The notes beneath the pieces were generated by a model. That model did no database searches and was not told the origin of the DNA. It worked only from the letters and a program-made list of their open reading frames with translations. From positions 96,472,001-96,536,000 of the forward strand of contig OZ024743.1 in the NCBI GenBank assembly GCA_964016885.1: DNA of 64,000 nucleotides, in the 5' to 3' direction. The first letter of the stretch is position 1. Each line of letters starts with the position of its first letter. Below, piece by piece: positions 39,543-55,994 of the stretch. This stretch comes from Eledone cirrhosa (taxonomy: Eukaryota). The position numbers were made by a program, and so were the translations under genes.

Positions 39543-40213
39543 CGTAACAACCTCCTGTATCGAACTAAAGAACACCAGACTACGATCTCTAACTGGATTG
39601 TCGTGGATTATGTGAAAGGCGTATAATCGAAATATACACTCCCCTGACCATGAAAATGCCGAAGTACATGAAATACTTGACATCCCTGCGCTGTGCATCT
39701 CCAATACTTATAACACTTTTAACACTTTTAATGCTTGCACTATCTTTAATGCTTATAATATTTCTCCACACACAAACTATATCAATCATATAAAGATTTT
39801 GTCACCAGATCTACCAACCTAACACTCTTATTTACCTACCTAAGTGCCTCTACCACACATATCTCTCTGCCACACTATATAAACAAGACGCACATGCGTG
39901 CCACACATATAACATTTGCACTATATAACCACTTATCTTCATGTTGTACTTTAACCTATATCTTTGATTTTTGATTGTACCTATTAATATAATCTCGAAG
40001 TGTGTACTGCCACTCTAAATTCTGTAATGAATGTTGACCCACAATGTTTGAATATGTATCAATGTTTGAATATGTATTTGGTATGTCTCTCGGCTGAAAA
40101 GGAGGTCATATAACTGTCCATGCATTAATAAATTGCTCCGAAGAATCCAAACCTCGGTTTGGAGGAAACAGCTGTAAGCACAATAATGTTTTGAGCAGTT
40201 CTTTGATTCTTAT
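39543..40213 (+). mobile_element. 3' end / pLTR of another Penelope-like element
   Basis: Flanked by (TA)n; weak GIY-YIG-end-like RRIIEIY; hammerhead near its 3' end. Confidence 0.55.
40134..40180 (+). ncRNA. Minimal hammerhead with CCGAAGA core
   Basis: TGCT-CCGAAGA-A-TCCAAAC ctcg GTTTGGA-G-GAAA-CAGCTG-TA-AGCA; palindromic stem III ACAGCTGT. Confidence 0.7.
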
Positions 40214-42790
<2,577 letters not shown>

Positions 42791-42825
42791 TATCATCATC
42801 ATCATCATCATTTTACATCCGTTCT

Positions 42826-43127
42826 TTGAGAAACAAAATGGCATAGGACAGAACAAAGGAGAGGCACACAAACAAAGAAAAGAATCCCCAGTCACTGAAG
42901 AGGTCACAGAATGTGTGACGAAAGAACTTTGACAATATATAAACAACTATCTGGTTGTGGAACCAACCAACCAACCAGAAATTTATAAATTTATTATAAT
43001 AAATTGAAGTGAAAGCAACTGGTGCGTGTGTTTCTTATTGGCAACATGACCCTCCTAAAGTATAACAATATCGGTTTCAACACACGTTTTCAGATAAAGA
43101 ATCTTGCTAAACAAATTCAGAAACGAA
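42826..43127 (+). mobile_element. Solo pLTR of the Nematis-like PLE
   Basis: Reverse complement of about 5490-5790. Confidence 0.85.
42891..42933 (+). ncRNA. Minimal hammerhead-like motif
   Basis: Identical to the motif at 5688-5730. Confidence 0.6.
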
Positions 43128-43502
43128 ATATATATATATATGTATATATATGTATGTATAATATATATATATATATGTATGTATAAATATATATATATAT
43201 ATGTATGTATAAATATATATATATATGTATGTATAAATATGTATGTATAAATATATATATATATATGTATGTATAAATATATATATATATGTATGTATAA
43301 ATATATATATATATATGTATGTATAAATTTGTATGTATAAATATATATATATATATGTATGTATAAATATATATATATATGTATGTATAAATAAATATAT
43401 ATATATATGTATGTATATATATATGTATGAATATGTGTGAATATATATATATATGTATGTATATATAAATATATATATATATCTATGTGTATGAATATAT
43501 AT

Positions 43503-43600
43503 GATGAGGGACCGTGACGAATGTTGAGATGCTGTGCTGAAGAGGACATGTCCCACCCTTGCAAACAGGGAAAAGTGGACGTAAAATGATGATGATGATA
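43503..43600 (+). mobile_element. RTE family B extreme 3' end
   Basis: GTCCCACCCTTGCAAACAGGGAAAAGTGGACGTAAAAT(GAT)n. Confidence 0.7.
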
Positions 43601-43954
43601 AGATATATATATATATCTTATGTGTGTGTGTGTGTATATATGTGTGTATGTATATATGTATGTATGTGTGTGTATGTATATATGTGTCTATGTGTATGTA
43701 TATATGCATGTGTATGTGTGTATTTGTATATATGTGTATGTGTGTATGTATATGTATGTGTTAGTTTATCACAGACACTTTAGTATGCAGGGTAGAGCAC
43801 TTGATGAAGTACAAGTGGGTCTGTTTACACTGGAGTATATTTATAAACATGAAGTAACTATAACACAAGTCAACAGGATAAAATTCACTACGTTTATTCA
43901 TAATTTCTGTTTTATGAATGAACAAAGTGAATTATAACCTGTTGTCTTGTACTT

Positions 43955-44225
43955 GATCATCATCATCATCATCTTTATTTAACGTCCATCTTCCACGCTA
44001 GCATGGGTTAGATGGGAGTTGTCGCACTTGAGGCAAGGTTGGTCGGGTGACCGTGTCTCGCTCATATAGGACTATTTGGCAGGTTTTTTACAGCTGGATG
44101 CCCTTCCTAACACCAACCACATTTACAGTGTGGAACTGGGAACTTTTTACCGTGTTACCTACACGGCCACATTATAGCGTGGACTGTGTGTTTTTTTGTC
44201 AGGACACCTACATGATCTCGATCTC
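43955..44225 (-). mobile_element. RTE family A 3'UTR fragment
   Basis: Matches 37671-37930. Confidence 0.8.
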
Positions 44226-44310
44226 ATTATCTCATTTATTTCATGTGTATATATGTATGTGTGTGTGTGTATGTATATATGTGTGTGTGTATATATATGT
44301 ATATATATAT

Positions 44311-44735
44311 CTAGGGTGGGTAAAATTCCCGAGATCCATGGATGAGTTCTCTCCAGCGGTCTCTGTCCCTCATTATTGTTGCCATGCCCTGCATCTCCAA
44401 GAGACCAGTGTCTGTCCTTAGGACATCAACATATGTTAACCTCGGTCTTCCTCTTCCAGTGTGTCCATGCAGGGGCTCCCACAAGAGCACTGAGTGCAAT
44501 GTCAACTCTGGATGTCGGTGAACATATCCAGCTAACCTCAGTCTCTTCTGTGTCACTTTCGATCTGACTTTTGGGATGCTCCCATACAGCTCTGAGTTCT
44601 TCATCCTCAGTGTATACTGATTAATGTTCAGAGCCATCCTCAGCATTCTCGTGTAGCACCCATCCACCATCTGAATGAGTTTCTTGGTCAGTGTCCAAGT
44701 CTCAGATCCGTACAGCAGCACAGACTCCATTACAG
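44311..44735 (-). mobile_element. Third RTE family, C-terminal coding fragment
   Basis: ESVLLYGSETWTL...DGCYTRMLR...RLRLAGYVHRH...WEP..G..GRGRP. Confidence 0.8.
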
Positions 44736-44739
44736 CATA

Positions 44740-45470
44740 TATATGCTCAATATGTAGAAAAGGCATAAACTCTATATGATGTACACAGACAATGTAAATC
44801 CTGGGTACACAAAAGATGTAGTGGGATAACAAGCTGACTAACAGGAAGGGAAGACTTTGTATGTAGATGCTCAGAGGTAATCAACAGGAAGAGCGTCAGT
44901 GATATAAATCTTTTCCAATCACATGAAGGAGCCATAGAATTGGTTAATAGCTTCTGCTATCTAGGTGATGTAATTAGCAGTGGAGGAGGATGCTCCAAGA
45001 ATATAATAACTAGAAGAAGGATAGGATGGAAGACATTTAGAGAGCTACTCCCATTCTTGACAACAAAAGACTATGGTGCCTGTATTCAAAGTGCATGGTA
45101 GTGAAACATAGGCAGTACATGTGTAGGCTTGAGAGAAATGAAGTAACCATGATTCATTAATTTAAATGTGAGAGAAAGGTAGAACTAGGATGGACTGAGG
45201 GAGGAGGTGCGTTTAACAGGGAACCGAGGTGGAGTACAAGAGAAAAGCATTGGTATGGGCATGTGATGTGCATGGGTGATGAACATTGGGTGAAGCAGTT
45301 GTAGGAAATACCAGTAAAAGGAAGCTGCAGTAGATGTAGACTGAGAAAGACCTGGGTGGCAAGGGAGACTCGCAGAGGAGATGAAAAAACGAACACAATG
45401 AGTGGAGAGATGCTGTGCTAAGAAGGACCCATCTAACCAATGCAAGCATGGAAAGAAAGATGTAAAAACA
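44740..45470 (+). mobile_element. Decayed RTE 3' fragment including PHD relic
   Basis: QCKSWVHKRCSGI...FVCRC, FCYLGD, WYGHVM and the GCAAGCATGGAAAG tail. Confidence 0.7.
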
Positions 45471-45866
45471 TCATTTAACATCACTTCCCCTGCTAGCAAG
45501 GGTTGGATGGGTTACATAGACCATGTCAGTACTGAAGTAAGCCTACCAGACAGTACTTACCTTCCAGACTGGCTGGGAGTTCTGCATCTTGAGTATGTAC
45601 CATCTCACATTCTGCACGTATATATGCACATGTATATATTTGTAAATACACAAACACACATTATATGTATGCAAAAAGTAAACAGAAACATCACAGTAAA
45701 ATGAAGAAATATATTATTTTAACGCTTGATAGAGTAGGAAAAGTCTTGGACACTAATCTTTTATCAGAAGATTGAATGAGAATTAAAAGATGAAATCAAA
45801 AGATAGTAAGAAGAGGAATGAAGGGAAGAAAAGTTTTGAGAAAAAACATGAGTGTATGAGTCAGTC

Positions 45867-48597
45867 ATTATACAGCTACATTATACAGCTACATTATACA
45901 GCTACAATTATACAGCTACAATGTACAGCTACATTATACGGCTACATTATACAACTACAATTATACAGCTACATTATACAGCTACATTATACAACTACAA
46001 TTATACAGCTACATTATACAGCTACAATTATACAGCTACAATTATACAGCTACAATGTACAGCTACATTATACAGCTACATTATACAACTACAATTATAC
46101 AGCTACATTATACAGCTACAATTATACAGCTACAATGTACAGCTACAATTATACAGCTACAATGTACAGCTACATTATACAGCTACATTATACAGCTACA
46201 TTATACGGCTACATTATACAGCTACAATTATACAGCTACATTATACAGTTAAAATATACAGCTACAATTATACGGCTACATTATACAGCTACATTATACA
46301 ACTATATTATACAGCTATATTATACAGCTACATTATACAGCTACATTATACAGCTACATTATACGGCTACAATATATAGCTACATTATACGGCTACATTA
46401 TACGGCTACATTATACGGCTACATTATACGGCTACATTATACAACTACAATTATACAGCTACATTATACAGCTACATTATACGGCTACAATATATAGCTA
46501 CATTATACAGCTACATTATACAGCTACATTATACAACTATATTATACAGCTACATTATACAGCTACATTATACAGTTAAAATATACAGCTACAATTATAC
46601 GGCTACATTATACGGCTACATTATACAGCTACATTATACAGCTATATTATACAGCTACATTATACAGCTACATTATACAGCTACATTATACAGCTACAAT
46701 TATACAGCTACATTATACGGCTACATTATACAGCTAGATTATACAGCTACATTATACAGTTAAAATATACAGCTACAATTATACAGCTACATTATACAGC
46801 TACATTATACAGCTATATTATACAGCTACATTATACAGCTACATTATACGGCTACATTATACAACTACAATTATACAGCTACATTATACGGCTACAATAT
46901 ATAGCTACATTATACAGCTACATTATACAGCTATATGATACAGCTACATTATACAGCTACATTATACAGCTACATTATACAGCTACATTATACAGCTATA
47001 TGATACAGCTACATTATACAGCTACATTATACAGCTACAATATACAGCTACATTATACACTTGTAATTCGCATCATCAGTCTGGAACCCCTATCTTGCTC
47101 AGAACATTGAGCTCCTGGAAACTGTTCAGAGACATGCAACCAAGCGCATACCCTCCATCAGACACCTACCATACTCTGAACACCTTGCTTCCCTGGGCAT
47201 GGATTCATTGAAGCTCCGACGTCTGGCAATGGACTTGGTAAACACCCACAAAGTTATTAATCATCTCGCCAACAACAACCCTGAGTATCTTTTTGATCTC
47301 CATATGTTTAACACACGTGGACATGCCTACAAAATCAGAAAACAGCACAGCTCCCATGACTTTCGGAAACATTTTTTCACGCTTAGAGTTCCTGAAGGAT
47401 GGAACAAACTGCCTGCGTCAGTTGTTAGCTGCAGAGACACTGCATCCTTTAAAACCCTCATGCTTCTCAAAATTCGCCAAAACTACACCTGATGTACCCC
47501 TTCCATACACATGCACACATCATGACTCATGCACTGTTCATTTTTCTGACGTTTGTATATTACCCTATGTACTATACATACACTTTTTGATGAGTTGTAG
47601 TGCACCTGAGCACTGTACACAATATTTTCATTATTATTATATTACACTATACAGCTACATTATATGACTACATTATATAGCTACATTATACAGCTACATT
47701 ATACAGCTACATTATATGACTACATTATATAGCTACATTATACGGCTACATTATACGGCTACATTATACGGCTACAATTATACGGCTACATTATACAGCT
47801 ACATTATACAACTACATTATACAGCTACATTATACAACTACATTATACAGCTACATTATACAACTACATTATACAGCTACATTATACAACTACATTATAC
47901 AGCTACAATTATACAGCTACATTATACAACTACATTATACAGCTACATTATACAACTACATTATACAGCTACAATTATACTGCTACATTATACAGCTACA
48001 ATTATACAGCTACATTATACAGCTACATTATACAACTACAATTATACAACTACAATTATACAACTACATTATACAGCTACATTATACAGCTACATTATAC
48101 AGCTACATTATACAGCTACAATTATACAGCTACATTATACAACTACAATTATACAACTACATTATACAGCTACATTATACAGCTACAATTATACAGCTAC
48201 AATTATACAGCTACAATTATACAGCTAGATTATACAGCTGCAATTATACAGCTACATTATACAACTACAATTATACAACTACAATTATACAGCTGCAATT
48301 ATACAGCTACATTATACAACTACAATTATAACTACATTATACAGCTACAATTATACAGCTACAATGTACAGCAACATTATACAGCTACATTATACAGCTA
48401 CATTATAAGGCTACATTATACAGCTACATTATACGGCTACATTATACGGCTACATTATACAGCTACATTATACAGCTACATTATACAGCTACAATATTCA
48501 GCTACATTATACAGCTACATTATACAGCTACATTATACAGCTATAATTATACAGCTATATTATACAGCTACATTATACAGCTACATTATACAGCTTC
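45867..48597. repeat. 13/14-bp minisatellite (ATTATACAGCTAC)n, interrupted by a CR1 insertion
   Basis: Directly visible; variants CGG, CAA, CAATT. Confidence 0.95.
47061..47644 (+). mobile_element. CR1 LINE 3' fragment with (ATT)n tail
   Basis: WNPY...LETVQRHATK...RR...DL...TRGH.YK...RKHFFTLRV..WNKLP. Confidence 0.85.
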
Positions 48598-48955
48598 AAT
48601 TATCAAGTGACTAAAACTGATGACAGAAATATATAACTCCAGATATGTACACTCATACACACACATATTCCATTCACATGCATTTTCATTGACACATAAA
48701 CACAATACACACACACACACATACATCATTATATACATATATATATATATATACAGAAACAAATGTACTTTCAATCAGTCAGACTTTTTGTTTGCTGTCA
48801 TCTATTCCTAAGCTTAATTACCAGATTATTTGCTTTAGCTTCATGTATAAATATAAACTTGATGCCTTTATCAACAACTGAGTTGATGTTAAAAGGACAC
48901 TTTAGGAAGGAACCAAATACAAAATTTTAAAAGATGGAATAATAGTACATCTTAA

Positions 48956-49217
48956 CCCTTTCATTAGCATATTTCTAATGAAAAATGCTGCTTATCATCT
49001 TGAAATAATTTTGAAAGCGACCAAGAGTTTCTCATTACTAAGCTGGTGTTTGGAGTATAACTTAAGCATTACTAAGCTCGTGTTTGGAGTATAACTTATC
49101 AAATGCTCTTACTATAAATTTTGATATAAGTTTTTTACATAAAAATAAACACTTTAAAACAAACAGTTTTGTATCATAGAACCTGGAGTAGTTTCAGGTG
49201 ATTTGGTATCAAAAGTG
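48956..49217 (+). mobile_element. piggyBac-like MITE family 2
   Basis: TTAA-CCCTTTCATTAG...TTGGTATCAAAAGTG-TTGA. Confidence 0.7.
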
Positions 49218-49419
49218 TTGAGGCAAACACAAAACAAAGTAACGAGTTAGAGCTAGCCTAATTTGCTACCCTGATCCTAATACTTGTAAGAAAGTATGTA
49301 GGGAAGTCCTAAAAACTAAAACTAGCATGCAACTCCCAACAATTGTATGTCTATTTAGGGAAGAAGTCAACTGAAAACTATCTCATAGCAAGTTATGTGT
49401 ATAGATAAACAATTTTTAA

Positions 49420-49624
49420 CCATTCTATGACCATATCTCTTGTAAAATACAGTATCCATATTTTTCAATTAAATTTGAAAAAAATTAAGAATTTGGAGGC
49501 ATTTTCATTAACAAGATACTGTTTGGAACATAACTTAAAGTAAATATTATACACAAAATTATGATTGTTTTAATTTGATTATGAACACTTTAAAATGTTT
49601 TGGGGTGAGTTAGTATCAAAAGGG
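49420..49624 (+). mobile_element. piggyBac-like MITE family 2
   Basis: TTAA-CCATTCTATGACCA...GTATCAAAAGGG-TTAA. Confidence 0.7.
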
Positions 49625-50509
49625 TTAAGCACTATAGAAATTATAAGTTTGATATATTGTTGGTTCTTTTTGATTGAAAGAAACTACAACTAGTTTTCTT
49701 TAAACATTTAATAAGCTGTGCTGCTACATACTTTGTTTTTTAAATCATTTTCTCTTCAAGTTTTAACTGGAAATGCCTAAGAAGCTCTTAATACAAATGT
49801 TTCAAGTATCTTTTATGAATTAACGTAAGAACATCAAGAACTTTATGCAGCTAGAACCCATTTTAGATGGACTTTAACAGGAAGACAATAAGTATTTCAA
49901 CTGATGCAGATTAAATGTCTATTTTTAACAAGTGGCTATTTATGAAAGATGAAATGACATTTAGAATAACTATTTATGTAGATGATGCAGGAGTAAAATA
50001 TGCTTGTATTCTACACTTTAATTCTAAGTGCATTGAGGACCCAGGAAATTGTTTTTATTATTAATGAAATAGATTGTTCTAGAATCTGGCAAGTAAGAAA
50101 ACATTTAAGACATATTATGATAATAAAATACTGATCTTGAATTCTATTCTTCTTTTCAAACAACATTATCATTTTTGTTGTGGTCATTGATTTAAAAAAG
50201 TTTCATTTTCAAGTGATTATCACCAATTATTGGGGTGGTTAAATTTTAGAATATTGACTGCTACTTAACCTTTTACAAAATATATTCCTCAACAAATAAT
50301 ATCATAATCTGCTGAAGTTCATTAAGATTGGCAGACAATATAATTAATGATAGATTTGCTTAAAGATTTAATCACTTCCTTACAATTTTACTACTCTTCT
50401 TTGTGAATGCCAATTTGTCAAGTTATAAATGCCATAAAAGAAATTGTTGCTCTATGAATTTTCAAGCAAGGAATCAAAATATAAACAAGAGGTTTCAAAC
50501 CATACCATC

Positions 50510-50965
50510 AAGCTATAATGTCTTGTAAATAGCTATAATTTCTTTTAAATAGCTATAATTGTTTCTACTTTAGGCACAAGGCCAGCAATTACCCAGTGCA
50601 TTACTGGTACTTTATTTTATCGACCACGTAAGGATGAAAGGCAAAGTCAACCTCAGCGGGATTTGAACTCAGATCGTAAAGGGACGTAACTATGCTGGAA
50701 AGCATGGCGTCCGACCCTCTACCGATACTGCCAATCCACATGTCTTGTAAATAGCTATAATGTCTTGTAAATAGCTATAATATCTAGTAAATAGCTATAA
50801 TTTCTTGTAAATAGCTATAATGTCTTGTAAATAGCTATAATGTCTTGTAAATAGCTATAATTTCTTTTAAATAGCTATTTAGCTATAATGTCTTGTAAAT
50901 AGCTATAATGTCTTGTAAATAGCTATAATTTCTTGTAAATAGCTATAATGTCTTGTAAATAGCTG
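50510..50965. repeat. 20-bp minisatellite (AAATAGCTATAATKTCTTGT)n interrupted by a SINE
   Basis: Directly visible. Confidence 0.9.
50557..50739 (-). mobile_element. SINE family B
   Basis: Reverse complement of the 19598-19790 family. Confidence 0.8.
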
Positions 50966-51149
50966 GATAAATAAATATGTTTTGGTTGGAATTTGCAGAT
51001 TATCTTTGTCAGGGGTTCACATTTGCTTATGGTCTTGAACAAAATATAAAACAAATTTGATAAGTGGCTGATAGGTTTCAAAACGCTGGTACAGTGTGGT
51101 AGAAATATATAAAGGAACACAAAGGATGACACAACAAAGTCATGTTTAC

Positions 51150-52700
51150 TCAATATATTTCAACATATTTCGGGAGTTTTACCCCTTTTTCAATTATCAA
51201 ACTAAAACAGTTCAGAATAAAAATGAATGATCGTGGTCTTCCCTAACAGGTTTACTTGTCTGAAATACATATACATGGAACTGTTATAGTAGCCAATCTG
51301 GTTCATGCATTTACAATCTATTATCTACCTATGGATTTTTCTTGTTGAAGATAATGGCCTCTATGATTCTTAAATTTCCCACATTTCTATGCTGACCTCA
51401 ATGTCTTGGCTGCAGTATCTATGAAGATGTTTTTGACAGTACGCTGTATTAGGAACTATTTTTTTTCCATTTAACTTTGTAGACCAGATACATTCTCTGC
51501 AAAGTTCTGCATTGTTGATGGGACAAATAGGAAACGGGCAGATATCGATGTATGCAGGTTTGTGTCTGTAGAGTAGTCTCTTCAATGAAGACCCTGAGTG
51601 TGCCACTTGTATATTCAGGCTCTTCCTACAGTTGGCTTGTCTGATGGCAGCAGTTGTCTTCTCATTGAAATGCAGCAGTTTTAGGTAGTATACTGTACGT
51701 TACCTCTAGAGGCGTGTGTCCTCCTTGTTCTTTTAAGTATTGCTGCCTTAGCATTTTGGTATTTGATGAGAGAAGTAGGGTAGCTGTTCTCAGTGAGAAC
51801 TCTTTGGAATTCCACCATATTGCTATATTTGTCACTACCCTCGCTACATCTTTTGCACATCTCATTCTGTATACAGGCCATTTTGGATTTTTAGGGAGGG
51901 ACAGAATCATAATGAAAAAATATCTCTGCAGGCATCATTCTTATAAAATTTGGTGTATATGGATCCCGTTTTTGTGACTCTTAGTGTAAAGTTGAGTAGA
52001 GAGGGGGACCCAGTTGTGTCTGGGTGCTCAACCTCAAAATTCATGTGTGCGTCTACTTTTTCGAAGATGATAAAAATCTTGATGGCTTCTTCAAATGATG
52101 AAGAGAACATAAGGAAATTATCCATGTACTTGGAGAAGAAGGAAAAAGATCAGCATGTGGCATGTGCTGTGTGCTCCAACTGGTCCTTGTATGTGATGAC
52201 CAGCAGGCCCGAAAGACTTCACCCCATTGGAAGTCCTCAAATTTGTTTGTAGATGGAGCCTTGAAACTGGAAAAAGATGTTGCACATGATGATAAAGAGC
52301 AGCTCTTGGATGTCAGTGAATCTGAAACATTGAGGCTGGTAGTGGCGATGATGATGTCCATAATTAAGTCGATGGTCTGGAGTGCAGGAGGATGGGGACA
52401 GAGGTGAGGAGGTAAACTATGTTTAAACTAAATAAATATCTATTCTGTCTAAGTGTGATGGGGTTAATTTCTTTTAGACTGTCGATTACTTCATGTGAGC
52501 TGTCTACGTTGCCAGGGAAAGTGTGAAGGGAGGTTTAAGAAGTCTGAAGAGAAAACAGGAAATTTTGTAGAAAGGTCCAATGCTGAATGAAAACAATAGA
52601 ACTAATTTTTAACTTGGGGCCTGTTTTATGTGCTTTAATAAGATGGTAGAAGATGTGGAACTTACTATTTCTGGTATCAAAGCTAAAGATTCATACATAC
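51150..52700 (-). mobile_element. Decayed Penelope-like element (RT plus GIY-YIG relic)
   Basis: FYHLIKAHKTG...GPFYKISCF; GLPMG*SLSGLL; KYMDNFL; FEVEHP...LLNF; CPFPICP. Confidence 0.8.
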
Positions 52701-53189
52701 ACAATCAGGTAAATACTCCATTCTCATAGGTCTTATCTAACTACAATATATGATTTATATCATGTGCTCCATATGTTGGATTTGTACACTGCTCTGAAAT
52801 GTTTTCTGTAAGCTGCTGTTATGTCTCCTTAAGCAAAGAATTGGTTGAAGCTTTGTAACAACAAAACAACTAGCATATGTAATGTGAAAAAGAATACAAT
52901 GTGTTTTATGTAATACAGGAAAATAATCTTATCAGAATTTCATGTTCTGTTAACACTTTTAGCACTGTAAATCTAATTCATATCAGCCTTGATAACATAG
53001 CGAAAAACACTGCATGAGCAATATGTTGGTTTAAAAATGTACAACTCTTTTTGAGTGGCTAGTGACCTCCAAATGAGCTAATAATGTTGTGAGTCAGGTC
53101 TCACAGTTATGAGACATTGTTTACAGAAATTTTCTGTCAGATTTTCTATTTATTTTGCATATTTTTAGTATCTAGAATAAGGACGGGCT

Positions 53190-53690
53190 GGAAGAAGTTT
53201 AGGGAGCTGCTTCCCCTGCTGACGAAGAAGGGTTCTCCCTGTGTACGAAAGGACGGTTATATGATGCCTGTGTGAGGTGCGCGATGCTACGTGGTAGTGA
53301 GACATGGGCAGCAACTGCAGAGGATAGGCGATGATTGGAGAGAAATGAAACAAGCATGCTCTGTTGGATGTGCAATGTCAATGTATGTGAACGACCGAGC
53401 ATAGATGAGTTGAGAGAGAAACTGTGTTTAAGAGGGATAAGTTGTAGTGTGCGGGAGAGAAGATTGCGATGGGTAAAGAAGTGCCAAGAAATGGCAGTAG
53501 AAGGAAATACAGTAGAGGAAGACCACGAAAAACATGGGCGGAGGTGGTGAGAGCAGACCTCAGATTGCTGAATCTCACGGAGGAGATGACAAAGGACCGT
53601 GACAAGTGGAGAGATGCTGTACTGAATAGGACCAGTCCCACCCTTGCAAGCAGGGAAAAGCGGACGTAAAATAATGATAATGATGATGAT
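53190..53690 (+). mobile_element. RTE family B 3' fragment
   Basis: KGRLYDACVR..MLRGSETWA...RGRPRKTWAEVV; short 3'UTR with CAGGGAAAAGCGGACGTAAA. Confidence 0.85.
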
Positions 53691-55511
53691 TTTTAAATGA
53701 TTTCTGTGAGTTTTATGAAAGAATGAATGAAATAATATAACAATAGTAATAATCATGATATTGACAATTCCGATCAGTTATTTTAGCATAATTATCTGTC
53801 AGAAATTGGAAAGCTTTAATAGTTTGGGTGGATAGTAACCTCTGCAAGAAATCCAAAATTTACCATTTGCCTAGATCTTCATGAGAATACAAATGAATAG
53901 ATTAGTAGTTAAATTTTAACTGGTTCTGTTGCAATGTGTTGCCCCATCTGCAAGTTTTACAGAAGCCTATAGTACATAGGTTCTCTGAATCATACTTAGT
54001 TATTCAGTGTTCAGTCATACAGTTTTTCTATTGTTTTTTTACCATTAGCTAATAGGAGTTTTTGCTACATAATGAAAAAAAAGACAGAAAAGAATATAAC
54101 ATTACCAATGTCAATAAACAAAATATAGTTAGAATGTAATCCTTCATGATACTTTGTCTTCTATATCAAAGATTTGAAATGATTATCATGATGTTGAGTA
54201 TATTAGTTCACAAATATATCAAGTTAGATGAAGTGTGTATCATGTGAATATCTACATATGTGGAGTAATGTATATCAGAGAAAATGTTATTTAAATATAT
54301 AGTTACCTCATAGAAGAGTTAGAATAGGTGTGCCATTTAACTTCTGTTTTATTTCTTACTAAAATTGTATACTATAAAGAGTCAAATTTCTTCAAACATC
54401 TACAACAATGTCATTGAGAAAATTCCTCTGCTTTGAAAACCAGTATTTATAGGACTTGTGATGTTTGTTTACTTGTTGCTTTATTTAATACTTTCTTTTC
54501 TTACATTTCGTTATAATTACAATCCCATGGTCAAAGTCTTTTATATGTGGTTACACACACACACGCACGCACACACACACACACACACACACATATATGC
54601 ACATAATCATCATCATTTATACGTCAATTTCAACATGCTCCCATGGGTGTGATGATGATATATAGCAATATATATCATCATCAGTTAACATTTATTTTCC
54701 CTGCTATCCAGGATTGGACTGGTCATCACAAATCAAAGACACACACATGCACATTATATTTATCTTGTTCATCAATATATATTACTTAGTAATATACATA
54801 AATTTATGAATGTGTTCAAACTTCCATTGCAAGATTTATAACCTGTAGTTATACTTAAATAAAAAGTTATCTTATATTCTCTAAGCATAATTACATATTA
54901 TTTAATTCATTGTCACCAGTGCATGCAAATTACATTGACAATTGTAATGACAGCTAGTTATGGCCCACATGTGGTATTGTAGTTTGACAAATATCAGTAG
55001 CATACATCATGTTTAGTTGGGTTGGTGTGAAGAAGAGCATCTGTCTATAGAAAAAGGTTCTCATCTCACTCATGCATCCATCAAAAGCTGGATGTAAAAA
55101 CGTTGGTGAGCAGGAGGGAGCCCTCCACCCATTTTTGTCATGGCTGTCCATGGTTTTCACTTAGAAAGTTCCTCTCTGAAACACAGTAAAGTGTCTTGCT
55201 CAAGGGCTCAATGAACAGCCTAACACCAGCCTAACTAGGCATTGTGAGCCTAACACCCTAAACATGAAGCCATGCACCTTCGCTGATTATACACACACAT
55301 ACACACATTCATATATATTTTAGTGTTGGTGTCATGATAAAATGCACTCTGTACGCTCAGTAAAAGGTTGTCATTGGGAAGGACATCCAACTGTAGAAAA
55401 CATGCCAAAATACGGACTATATGAGCAAGACATGGTTCTCCACCCATCTAGTCTTGGACAGAGACAACCCCTCCAACTCATTCCTGATGATGATAATGAT
55501 ATATATATATA

Positions 55512-55903
55512 GTGAAGGCGCATGGCTTAGTGGTTAGAGCATTGGGCTTGCAATCGAAAGGTTGTGAGTTCAATTCTCGGACCGGGTGATGTGTTGTTTC
55601 CTTGAGCAAGACACTTTATTTCACATTGATCCAGTTTACTCAGCTGTAGAAATGAGATAATAGCACTGGGGTCCCTATCATTCCATTGCAAAGTCGTCGT
55701 GGAGGTGCCACGGCAAAAAAGCACCCAGCACTCACTGTACATGAGGTTGGTGTTAGGAAGGGCATCCAGCTGTAGAAATCAAGCCAGAATCAGTTCCCGT
55801 ATGAGCAAGACAAGGTCAGCCGACCGGACACTGCCCACAACAGGACAACCTGTCTAACCCATGCCAACGTAGAAGAACAGACGTAAAACGATGATGATGA
55901 TGA
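55512..55903 (+). mobile_element. Full SINE family A (long tail)
   Basis: Head and CORE plus a tail of the same layout as the RTE-A 3'UTR at 1372-1640. Confidence 0.9.
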
Positions 55904-55911
55904 TATATATG

Positions 55912-55943
<32 letters not shown>

Positions 55944-55994
55944 GCATCATTATTTAATATCTATTCTCCCTACTCGAATGGGTTGTCACAGATG

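Noticed and set aside
45790-48228. ORFs with repeating YSYIIQLHYTATL
   Set aside because: Translation of the 13-bp minisatellite
48617-48635. CTGATGA-CA-GAAA-TATATA
   Set aside because: No stem II or stem I; compatible with chance in AT-rich DNA
55512-55585. tRNA-like sequence with CTTGCAA loop (also 6880, 13500, 26020, 26485, 57915)
   Set aside because: SINE heads continuing into CORE; no proper acceptor stem or terminator, so not tRNA genes
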